A stretch of DNA of 64,000 nt from Candidatus Hydrogenedentota bacterium. GTDB lineage: Bacteria > Hydrogenedentota > Hydrogenedentia > Hydrogenedentales > SLHB01. The notes beneath the pieces were generated by a model, which did not search any database, was not told the origin of the DNA, and worked only from the letters and a program-made list of their open reading frames with translations. The position numbers and the translations under genes were made by a program. Where the stretch lies: assembly GCA_963745075.1 (NCBI GenBank), contig CAVUWV010000015.1, positions 128,001 through 192,000 of the forward strand, in the 5' to 3' direction. Of this stretch, positions 11,001-18,473 are shown one piece after another. Every line of letters starts with the position of its first letter. Position 1 is the first letter of the stretch.

Positions 11001-11284
11001 CCACCGCAAGCACCTGCATCGGCCTGACCCCGCTGATACTCGAACGCGATCTCCAGGCCCAGGTCGTCATCCCCATGGCCGTCTCCATCGCTGCCGGTGT
11101 GGCCTTTTCGACGCTGCTGACGCTGCTGTTGGTTCCCGCGATGCTGACCATCGTCAATGACCTGCGGCGTGCAATCCGCAAAGCCGCCACCGGCCACTGG
11201 CCCACGCCGGAAGAAGTGGAGCCCGGCTCCCGGCGCCCGGCCGCGCCGCTCGTACTGACCGAACCCGCGATAGCGGAATCGTAA
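8087..11284 (+). CDS. RND efflux permease (AcrB/AcrD/AcrF family)
   Basis: 1065 aa, GIIVDDAIVVGE, GVVVNDSIV, RRFRAIFLTT, two periplasmic loops. Confidence 0.95.
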   Translation: MKNLLTAIVSNNVFANVLLAIIMVVGILAATRLVRESMPQFSIDLIFVEVPFPGADPEEVEEGVSQRIEAVIDGLEGVKRYTTGSWEGRATVQIEVAEGYDVREVKDEVQNAVDSIATFPARVERPLISEIKDEEFVIALALYGDVPERQLKEWAEDVRGKLQRTHGISLVEVGDTRPYEIAIEISKEKLLEYNLTLGEVSEAVLRGSFNLPAGTIRTEGEDIRIRMIGRKYTGREFGAIVIRSSMNGDLVTLDKIATIRDGFAEDPAYASFNGHPSVIVEVTKAPGEDALTIANAVKRFAIQQSKTLPPQLHIEQCFDDSEFVRGQLELLARNGIFGLILVVGILWFFLNSRLSFWIAMGIPISLSGALILMWALGQTINQISLITFIIVLGIIVDDAIVVGEAIFVHRRQGKPALEAAVEGVREVGAPVIAAVLTTIAAFLPLAFVPGIMGKVIVIMPIVVISALLVSLVECLFLLPAHLNHLPPILPHDRPATTWKERAMRFHEFTGRMLEGFAEQMYAPFVRRVVHHRYVTLCIALSVVLMTTGLVGGGIVRVVFWPPVDGNTLRATVEFPSGTPFGLTRDAVEETREAFERVAARTKTVSGEPLIRNIYTQVYQRTPYLGRVIVEMINPSKRGVHSQELAAAWEREVGPIPGAVQQSFVEDQVGMDGPPIEIWLQGKDLDALRAAADELKAKLREYDGIFQVADDFRSGKTELRVHLKPEAHTLGLTLDQVAQQLYAGYYGEEAIRMQRGRDDMRVRVRYPEDERRTLSELERIRVRTPRGMEVPILSVAKVELAEGVSNIKGSNGLRRIAVTADVDVTRANSSEIVAELSEGYLDDLTTRYGQLTWSVEGVEESNQETLAGLKEGFIIALLGIYTIMATIFRSYIQPLVILAIVPFGMVGAVFGHLALGIPVTFLSLFGIVALAGVVVNDSIVLTECVNNLLAEGAVFMDAVCMGGVRRFRAIFLTTASTCIGLTPLILERDLQAQVVIPMAVSIAAGVAFSTLLTLLLVPAMLTIVNDLRRAIRKAATGHWPTPEEVEPGSRRPAAPLVLTEPAIAES

Positions 11285-11407
11285 GGGACTGCATGGAGTA
11301 CGCGGGCTTGCATTCATTCTTGTCAGACGCATGCTCGGCAACGCGCCGAATGATGAGAAACGTCCCTTGCCGACAGAGGTAACGATAGCAGGGCCGATGA
11401 ATTCCGG

Positions 11408-11501
11408 TTGACGCAGGTGACGTTAGTGACGCTTCTAACCACTTTTACCCACATATAGCGATTCATTCAATACTTCTTGAATTTGACGTCACTAAGGTCA
11501 C
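11408..11501. repeat. 9-nt-periodic GTGAC repeats in inverted arrangement around an AT-rich spacer
   Basis: TTGACGCAG-GTGACGTTA-GTGACGCTT (11408-11434); CGTCACTAAGGTCAC (11487-11501) is the 14/15 reverse complement of 11417-11431. Confidence 0.65.
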
Positions 11502-11731
11502 TACGAAATCAGTTCAAATCTGCATAGGGCACGCAATTCTATAAGCTTAACCGCAAGTGAAAGATGCTCCTGAGAAGGTAGTTGCGAGGAGGAAATGGCG
11601 CCACCCGCCAAAAAGGCGGTCGCAGTGCGGTATTCCCCGCACGCCGGGCCGGAGCGGATGACGAAGACGAGATTTCGCGCCCGAATCGCCGGACGGACAA
11701 GTTATCGTGGGACGCTGGAAGGCAAAGTGCG

Positions 11732-11899
11732 TCAGAGGATTACGTAGGAGTAGATCCTGCCATCCTTGACGGCGTCCTTGCAGTCGCTCTGCTCGCTGTC
11801 GGGAACGGTGTTTTTGCAGCCGCTCTTGCTGTCGATTTCGATGACGAATATGGCGGACGCCGGTAAGGAACTCTTGGACAGACGCTTGACGTGTTTCAT
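11732..11899 (-). CDS. 55-aa small protein, possible leader-core precursor peptide
   Basis: AGGAGG 9 nt before ATG 11899; MKHVKRLSKSSLPASA-IFVIEIDSKSGCKNTVPDSEQSDCKDAVKDGRIYSYVIL. Confidence 0.65.
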   Translation of the reverse strand: MKHVKRLSKSSLPASAIFVIEIDSKSGCKNTVPDSEQSDCKDAVKDGRIYSYVIL

Positions 11900-11940
11900 A
11901 ACCCTATCCCTCCTGATGTGGCCTGCAACAATGAATGGCA

Positions 11941-12339
11941 CTATAGCAGAGAAACAGGTATTTGGAAAGCAGGATTCAATCGGCGGTGCGGCCGTACCGC
12001 AATGAACGGTTGCGGGCACCGCCGATTGCCATATTCAGGCCACTTCTTGCCGAGTTCATCCAATCCGGCTCTCGCGAAGTCGTCGGGCGTCATGACCGGC
12101 TTGACCTCGATATCGGCTTGAAAGATCAGCATCCACGGCTCGACCAGCGCGGGCAATTTCGAGGCGTCCGGCAGGTCAACGATCATTACCGCGCCGCGCT
12201 GGTTACCCTGCTCGGTGAAATACACGGCCTCCGGTTTGGTCGCTTCCACGATCTGATTCATTTTGGTGCCCGCCGTGCCGTTCTTCACGAGTGCGTTGAA
12301 TACATCGTGCGGGAAACTGAGGTTGAGTAGCATTCTCAT
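11941..12339 (-). CDS. DUF3303/GYD-like small conserved protein, apparent C-terminal read-through
   Basis: KPEAVYFTE..RGA..IVDL..SKLPALVEPW..VMTPDD; one extra G after GKKW (TGG GCC TGA) would end it at about 12035. Confidence 0.7.
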   Translation of the reverse strand: MRMLLNLSFPHDVFNALVKNGTAGTKMNQIVEATKPEAVYFTEQGNQRGAVMIVDLPDASKLPALVEPWMLIFQADIEVKPVMTPDDFARAGLDELGKKWPEYGNRRCPQPFIAVRPHRRLNPAFQIPVSLL

Positions 12340-12808
12340 ATCGTGTGCCTTTCTTGGTTCTGTTGTCGGTCATTCATCGAACCGATCACGTCCGCAGGTA
12401 TGGCCCGTGCCCGAAATGCACGGGTCGTGCTGCGTGTACATAACGAGTAAAGACAGGCGGTCTTCGTAGAGCCTTGGAAGGGTTCTTGACGTGTGGTGAC
12501 CGTCGTGTGTGCCTTGCAAGCTCCGCGACGATATATCACGGATTCGGAGATTTGCAAATCCGATTTTCGGCGCGGAGAAGACCGCCTGACCAGCGGCGAA
12601 GAGACTCGTTTTGGACCATGTAGCGACTGCGCTGTGCCGGGTTTTCGCGCTCGGAGTGCAATCTACCCTTGCTTGTTGGGGTATTTAAGTAACGTCCTGA
12701 ACTTCATCGATTTCTTTGTGTCGAGACCGGCATGGTATCGTTCCTCAATGGAGAAAATGAACCCGTGTCGGGAACGCTTCCGGCACGGTAGCCGGAGGAG
12801 TCCCTACC

Positions 12809-15277
12809 GTGAAACGTAGCTGCTTGTTCTCGGACCGTGGTTCGAATAGTTTGCGGCGTCTTTCTCGATATCCCTGGTCGCAATTGTTGCTTCTCTTAAT
12901 TCCAGCCATGCTTGCACACGGAAACGAACTCGAATCGAACACGTTGGCTCTGCACAACGCTTCGGTTGTTATTGCGGCGACGAGCAGTCCACGGGTGCAA
13001 CAGGCTGCCACGATGTTGGTGGAAGAGGTTGAGAAACGGACCACGATACGATGGCAGGTCACCAACGCGTGGCCCCAGGACGGACGTCCCGTCGTCGCGA
13101 TTGGATTGCAGGATTCCGTTCAAGATTTCGCCGGCCCGTGGGAACAAACCCTCGCAAAGACCTCCCAAATTGGCGCGGAGGGATACCATCTCCAAGTTTT
13201 TTCGGATGAGCAAGCGTCCGGTGTTGCGGTGGTTGGAAACGACGAACGTGGCGTGTTGTTTGGAGTCGGCCGCCTGCTCCGTGACCTGCATATGGGCAAG
13301 CGATCGGTCTGGCTTGAACGCGGTCTCAACGTCGTGACCGCCCCCAAGTATCCGTTGCGAGGCCACCAGCTGGGGTACCGGCCCAAGGTGAATACGTACG
13401 ACGGTTGGACGCCGGGCATGTTCGAGCAGTACATCCGCGACCTTGCGGTGTTCGGCACCAACGCGATCGAGATGATTCCCCCGCGCAGCGATGATGCGCC
13501 GGACAGCCCCCATTTCCCCCTTCCGCAGATTGACATGATGGAGGAGGTTTCCGGAATCGCGGACCGGTATGGAATCGACGTTTGGATTTGGTATCCGGCG
13601 ATGGACAGGGATTATTCGGATCCCGAAACCGTCGAATTTGCGCTGAAGGAATGGGGAGATGTGTTTGCACGGCTTCCCCGTATCGATGCGGTTTTCGTGC
13701 CGGGCGGCGATCCCGGCCATACGCAGCCCAAGTATTTGATGGCGCTATTGGAAAAGCAGACCGAAGTGCTTCATCGCACGCATCCCAACGCGCAGATGTG
13801 GATGTCGCCGCAAAGTTTTACCGCGGCCTGGATGGACGAATTCATCGAGTACATGCAGCGGGAACAACCAGCGTGGCTTTCGGGCATCGTCTTCGGGCCG
13901 CAGAATCGACTCAGTCTGCCGGAACTTCGCAAGCTCATACCGGCGCAATACCCGATCCGTCGGTACCCGGACATCACGCACAGCATCCGGTGCCAGTATC
14001 CGGTCCCGGACTGGGACGTGGCGTACGCTATTACGGAAGAGCGCGAAGTCATCAACCCTCGGCCCACCCATTACGCGCAGATTTTCCGGTTGTGGGATGA
14101 CGATGCCGTGGGATTTCTCACCTATTCCGAGGGCGTGAACGATGATGTCAACAAGATCGTGTGGAGCGGTCTCGGCTGGGATCCCGAAACGCCGGTAATC
14201 GATATCCTTCGCGATTACGGACGGTACTTTATTGGAGACGCATACGCGGACGAATACGCCGAGCTGCTCCTTGCCCTGGAGCGGAATTGGCAAGGGCCAC
14301 TGCTTGCAAACGCGGGCGTCATGACGACCCTGCAGCAGGTGGAGGAGTTGGAGCGTAAGGTGCCGCCGCAGCTGCTGCTGAACTGGCGCTTCCAGCAAAC
14401 GCGGTATCGGGCCTATTACGACGCCTACCTGCGCACGCGGCTCATCTACGAGACCAATCTCGAAGAGCGCGCGATGGACGTGTTGCGGCAGGCCGAGCGA
14501 ATCGGCGCCGACCTCGCCGTTCGAGAAGCGGAGTCCATCCTTGATAAGGCGCAAACCGATCCCGTTGGACAGGACCTTCGCGGCCGGGTATCCGACATGG
14601 CGGAAGCCTTGTACCAGAGTATCCGCATGCAACTCAGCGTGCCCCGGTACCGGGCGATCGATGCGGGACGGGGCGCGAACTTCGACCTGATCGACCGGTC
14701 GTTGAACGACCGGCTGTGGCTGCTGGATCGATTCGCCGAAATTCGCGCGTTGCCGTCGGAACGCGATCGCCTGGCAAAAATCCGTGAGATCGTGAATTGG
14801 ACCAACCCGGGGCCCGGTGGGTTCTACGATGACTTGGGCGATCCGTCACAGCAGCCGCATCTGGTGCGGCCCTACCTGCCCGATACGGATCCCGAAACCC
14901 GGAAGTCGCCGCTCGTGGCCTTCGCGTATCGGAACGGCTATCGGATGTCATGGGTGCGCAACGCGGAAACCCGATTCGAGGACGGTCTTCGTATGCGGTA
15001 CACGGACCTGGATCCCGCCGCACAGTACAAAGTGCGGGCCGTGTACGCCGGCGACAAGCTCAATGCCAAGCTTCGACTGTACGCCAACGAACAAATCGCA
15101 ATTCACCCTTATCTCAAGAAACCGGTGCCGCTTCAACCGGTCGAATTCGATATTCCAAAAGAGGCCACTGCGTCGGGAGAACTCACGCTGACCTGGTACC
15201 AGGAACCGGGCAGTGGCAGTGCGGGCCGCGGTTGCCAGGTCGCCGAAGTGTGGCTGGTCCGAATGGACAATCCGTAG
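12809..15277 (+). CDS. Large, probably secreted glycoside-hydrolase-like protein (GH20/GH67-type N-terminal domain, barrel, C-terminal beta-sandwich)
   Basis: GAEGYHL..VVGNDERGVLFGVGRLLR..P.YPLRG is the hexosaminidase/alpha-glucuronidase N-domain pattern; GGAGG RBS; function unknown. Confidence 0.65.
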   Translation: MKRSCLFSDRGSNSLRRLSRYPWSQLLLLLIPAMLAHGNELESNTLALHNASVVIAATSSPRVQQAATMLVEEVEKRTTIRWQVTNAWPQDGRPVVAIGLQDSVQDFAGPWEQTLAKTSQIGAEGYHLQVFSDEQASGVAVVGNDERGVLFGVGRLLRDLHMGKRSVWLERGLNVVTAPKYPLRGHQLGYRPKVNTYDGWTPGMFEQYIRDLAVFGTNAIEMIPPRSDDAPDSPHFPLPQIDMMEEVSGIADRYGIDVWIWYPAMDRDYSDPETVEFALKEWGDVFARLPRIDAVFVPGGDPGHTQPKYLMALLEKQTEVLHRTHPNAQMWMSPQSFTAAWMDEFIEYMQREQPAWLSGIVFGPQNRLSLPELRKLIPAQYPIRRYPDITHSIRCQYPVPDWDVAYAITEEREVINPRPTHYAQIFRLWDDDAVGFLTYSEGVNDDVNKIVWSGLGWDPETPVIDILRDYGRYFIGDAYADEYAELLLALERNWQGPLLANAGVMTTLQQVEELERKVPPQLLLNWRFQQTRYRAYYDAYLRTRLIYETNLEERAMDVLRQAERIGADLAVREAESILDKAQTDPVGQDLRGRVSDMAEALYQSIRMQLSVPRYRAIDAGRGANFDLIDRSLNDRLWLLDRFAEIRALPSERDRLAKIREIVNWTNPGPGGFYDDLGDPSQQPHLVRPYLPDTDPETRKSPLVAFAYRNGYRMSWVRNAETRFEDGLRMRYTDLDPAAQYKVRAVYAGDKLNAKLRLYANEQIAIHPYLKKPVPLQPVEFDIPKEATASGELTLTWYQEPGSGSAGRGCQVAEVWLVRMDNP

Positions 15278-15337
15278 ACGGTATCGTCGTTGCACGTCCA
15301 GCCTGCGGTTTCCGAAGTCGGGGGGTGCGATTGTCTC

Positions 15338-15599
15338 TTTTTTTTGACGAAACAAGGGGGGGGTGTGCAGGGGGTGGGGCACGAAGGGTGTAGTTTGTCA
15401 CGAGCGGCGTTCTCCTTATAAATGTCCATCGGGTAAAAGGTTGCACGGGATTTGGGCAAGACATGATAGTCCGGATGCCGTGGGGGGGGTGTGGTTGTTT
15501 TTTTGACGAAACAAGGGGGGTGTGCGGGGGGTGGTCCATGCGCTTGCGAGGATAGCGGGCGCGTAGGGTGTTGCTTGTCATGGGCAGCATTCTCCTTAT
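15338..15599. repeat. Imperfect tandem direct repeat, two units
   Basis: TTTTTTTGACGAAACAAGGGGGG..TGTGC..AGGGTGT..TTGTCA..TTCTCCTTAT at 15338-15419 and 15498-15599. Confidence 0.8.
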
Positions 15600-15830
15600 T
15601 GATATAGGCCGGAGCGTTGCATTGGGATCAGGCTGGAGTCCGGAGGAAGAGAGGCTGGAGGGGGAGGGGGATGAACCCTCCGAAGGGGGAACGGGTGAGA
15701 CGTTCCTCCCGGTTTCCGCAAAGCCCGCATTTCTCAATCCGCAATCCGAGGTCCGCATTCCGCAATCGATACGTCCGCAGATGCCGCAGATTCGCGCAGA
15801 TGAAGACGGCAAAACATCATCTTCGCATCT

Positions 15831-15974
15831 CAGGACTGAAAGTCCGTCACAGCCCTAGCCCGGGGCAAAGTGAAGCGGCGCCCTGGGAATCGGGTCAACC
15901 CCGAATGTGAGCGCTGAAGGTGCGGGACAAAGGCATCTTATGAACCACAGATTGACACGGATGCACACCGATTG
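15831..15974. repeat. About 145-bp composite REP-like repeat, copy A
   Basis: CAGGACTGAAAGTCCG..CCCTAGCCC..AGCGCTGAAGGTGCGGGAC.AAGGCATCTTA.GAACCA..GATT.ACACGGAT.CACACCGATTG; recurs at 16821 and 17327. Confidence 0.9.
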
Positions 15975-16207
15975 GGACCCGCGTCCCGCGGTGGCACGGC
16001 GGTAGAGCGGAATCAGCAGCCGTCTGGTCACGCACCATGCGATCAGCCCGACGGCGAGAACGCAAAAGAAGAGGAGGGAAAGGACTTCGACAAACGCACC
16101 GAAGCTGCCGTCACTGACCCACTCGCACGACTTGGAAATGCCCGGGAGACTCGACCAGGGAACACGAAGCAGTAGACGCGGCCACTCAGAGTTTGCCCCT
16201 GAATGAA

Positions 16208-16431
16208 TCAGAGAAGATGATTGAATTCGTCGACAGTTAGCCCGGCTTGTCGAACAATCGCCGCAACGTTCCCTTTGCGACCTCGGTGTGGTCCGGGATA
16301 GTCAATCGCCGATGGGGCGGTTTGGTCTGCCGTATAACGATGTGGCTTCCGCGCTGAGGGTCGAATTCGTAGCCGATGGCCGCCAATGCTTTCACGACTT
16401 CACGCCCGGACACCCGTGGAAGTCGGCTCAC
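16208..16431 (-). pseudogene. hicA: HicA-family mRNA interferase toxin with 1-bp deletion near 16261 (or sequencing error)
   Basis: SGREVVKAL, QRGSH, IPDH.EVAKGTLR. Adding one G restores LRAIVRQAGLTVDEFNHLL* ending at 16208; as given the frame stops at 16237. Confidence 0.8.
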
Positions 16432-16640
16432 AGATTAACCTCGACGACCTCCTCGGAGATCGATGGCGGAACCGGATCGCCATGCGCGGCCAGGCTCTCG
16501 AGGTACGCTTCGATGGCCTCCCTGACGTTGTCGAGCGCTTCGGCGCGAGTCGGCCCCTGCGATAGGCAACCGGGAAGCGCGGGTACCTCCGCGACATAGA
16601 CCCCGTCTTCATCCTGTTCGATCAGAACGCGATACCGCAC
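16428..16640 (-). CDS. hicB: Short HicB-family antitoxin without DNA-binding domain
   Basis: EQDEDGVYVAEVPALPGCLSQGPTRAEALDNVREAI; AGGAGG 8 nt before GTG 16640; stop overlaps hicA start. Confidence 0.92.
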   Translation of the reverse strand: MRYRVLIEQDEDGVYVAEVPALPGCLSQGPTRAEALDNVREAIEAYLESLAAHGDPVPPSISEEVVEVNL

Positions 16641-16820
16641 CGTGCGCACCTCCTATCATTGTCGGCCCAACCGGCGAAACGAACTATGTATGACCTAACG
16701 ATACCACAGATTCACGAATTGACGAACCGCATCCAATCGAACTCCACCCTTCGTCCACGATCGTCCGCAGATGACGCGAATCCACGCAGATGAAGAAGAC
16801 AGGACGGCGTCCCGGTATCT

Positions 16821-16969
16821 CAGGACTGAAAGTCCGCCGCAACCCTAGCCCAGGGCAGACCACGCCCGCGGCGTGGCCTGGGGATCCGGACACATCATTC
16901 TGGAAGCGCTGAAGGTGCGGGACCAAGGCATCTTACGAACCACAGATTCACACGGATTCACACCGATTG
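16821..16969. repeat. Composite REP-like repeat, copy B
   Basis: Direct repeat of 15831-15974; similarity extends upstream (CGTCCGCAGATG.. at 15772 and 16762). Confidence 0.9.
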
Positions 16970-16979
16970 AGGACCGTTG

Positions 16980-17064
16980 CCGTCATCCTGAGCGCCAGCG
17001 AAGGATCTCTGATCAGTTGGGCGTCGGCGTGATGAGATCCTTCGCTCCTCGCTCAGGATGACGG
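16980..17064. repeat. GTCATCCTGAGC-type palindromic repeat
   Basis: CCGTCATCCTGAGCG..AGCGAAGGATCTC pairs with GAGATCCTTCGCT..CGCTCAGGATGACGG. Confidence 0.85.
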
Positions 17065-17326
17065 TGAGCCTATCTCCTCGGCGGGGGGGAGGTCGAACGG
17101 AGTCTCGGACCACACCGATAGGTCCATACTCATTCTGTTTCGACCCTCCTGTGAAGTGCACCCGATGGTCAAGACCCGGCATCCCCGAATTCGGACCACG
17201 GGGTCACGGGGAACACGGGGATGAAGAACGGAGGCACCCGTCTCGGTAACGTGAGCGCAACGCGAGACTCGATAACGGAACATGGAGCGACTGGGTCTGT
17301 AATTCGTAGTCCCTGATTTTCCCCGC

Positions 17327-17470
17327 CAGGACTGAAAGTCCGCCGCGACCCTAGCCCAGGGCAAAGCGAAGCGGCGCCCTGGGAATCCGGGCACACCATT
17401 ATGGAAGCGCTGAAGGTGCGGGACCAAGGCATCTTATGAACCATGGATTGACACGGATTCACACCGATTG
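17327..17470. repeat. Composite REP-like repeat, copy C
   Basis: Direct repeat of copies A and B. Confidence 0.9.
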
Positions 17471-18067
17471 AAGCTGCGCCCAACAATAAGGCGGAAATTC
17501 GTAGATGTCCGTGTATTTCCAAGGAAGGGATTCCCGATGCCCCCGTAGTCTGTTTCGGGCGCGGCGGCTCTCCCAAACGCAACCATGGGACCCACGCCGT
17601 CCGCGTGGTATCTGCACAGGGATGTCTGGTTGCGAGAACTCCTCTCGTCAGCAAAAGGGAGAATCACGCCAGCGGCGTGATGCGTGAAACCAACCCACGG
17701 ACCGCGAAAGGTGGGGACTGCCCAAACGACGCCGGCCCGGTCGTACCGCGCTGCCTCCGACGAGTTAACCGCAAGCTACCCATTCTCGGCACCGCACTAC
17801 GCCCAAGCCGCCTAAGTCTCCGCCCAACAATCAGCTACCTCTTGGCCCCAAAGACGCCCAACCGACGGAATGGCAAAGACTCAGATCACATCATGGCCAG
17901 ATCTAGCTTACAAACTTGGAACACCTTGTAGCACATAGACTTAGAAGCAGGTATTATCTGGTATTGGTGAGGAACTTCGTAGATGAACCGTATCATACCG
18001 TTTTCCAAGATCCGCTGCAATCCGACTTGACGTTTGTGGCGACGGAGCAGAAGGAGGTCAAAAGAAC

Positions 18068-18343
18068 ATGGATAGCGAATGTGAAGACGTGACCGAAGAA
18101 ATAGTAGCGTACCTGTGGGACAACTGCTCGTGGGCGACGCAGAACGAGTTCTCAACGAGGATCGACGACAACTTACAAGCCGCCAAATGTGGTCGTGTGG
18201 TAGGGACGGGACGTGAACTCCTTGGAAGTGGCACATACGTCGTAGAAACCGCTGTGGAAGACTGCGATAAAGCTGAACAGATCATATGGCGCGTATGTGA
18301 GCAGATGAAACTCGAAGACTTCGAGATTGTTCGACCCGATTGA
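18068..18343 (+). CDS. Hypothetical acidic 91-aa protein
   Basis: AAGGAGG RBS; protein-like composition; no family recognised. Confidence 0.6.
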   Translation: MDSECEDVTEEIVAYLWDNCSWATQNEFSTRIDDNLQAAKCGRVVGTGRELLGSGTYVVETAVEDCDKAEQIIWRVCEQMKLEDFEIVRPD

Positions 18344-18473
18344 CTACTTCGAAACCGCTATCCAATCGATTGGCCGACACAAACGGCTCGCAAGAATCAA
18401 GGCGATCCATTGAGCTTGGGTGCGAAGAAAGTACCACACTTTCTCATATCGCTCGAAGTTCAAGGATTTCTGA

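Noticed and set aside
11594..11746. 50-aa plus-strand ORF after AGGAGG
   Set aside because: RBS only 2 nt from the ATG and it overlaps the better-supported minus-strand peptide.
15772..17470. CRISPR array
   Set aside because: Repeats are about 145 bp, imperfect and irregularly spaced; no cas genes.
16660..17830. Integron attC sites (several GTTRRRY on the minus strand, one just upstream of hicB)
   Set aside because: No matching RYYYAAC and attC-type stem after hicA, and no integron integrase; such 7-mers occur often by chance.
17640..17880. Structured ncRNA or riboswitch
   Set aside because: Only short local stems; no recognisable family motif.
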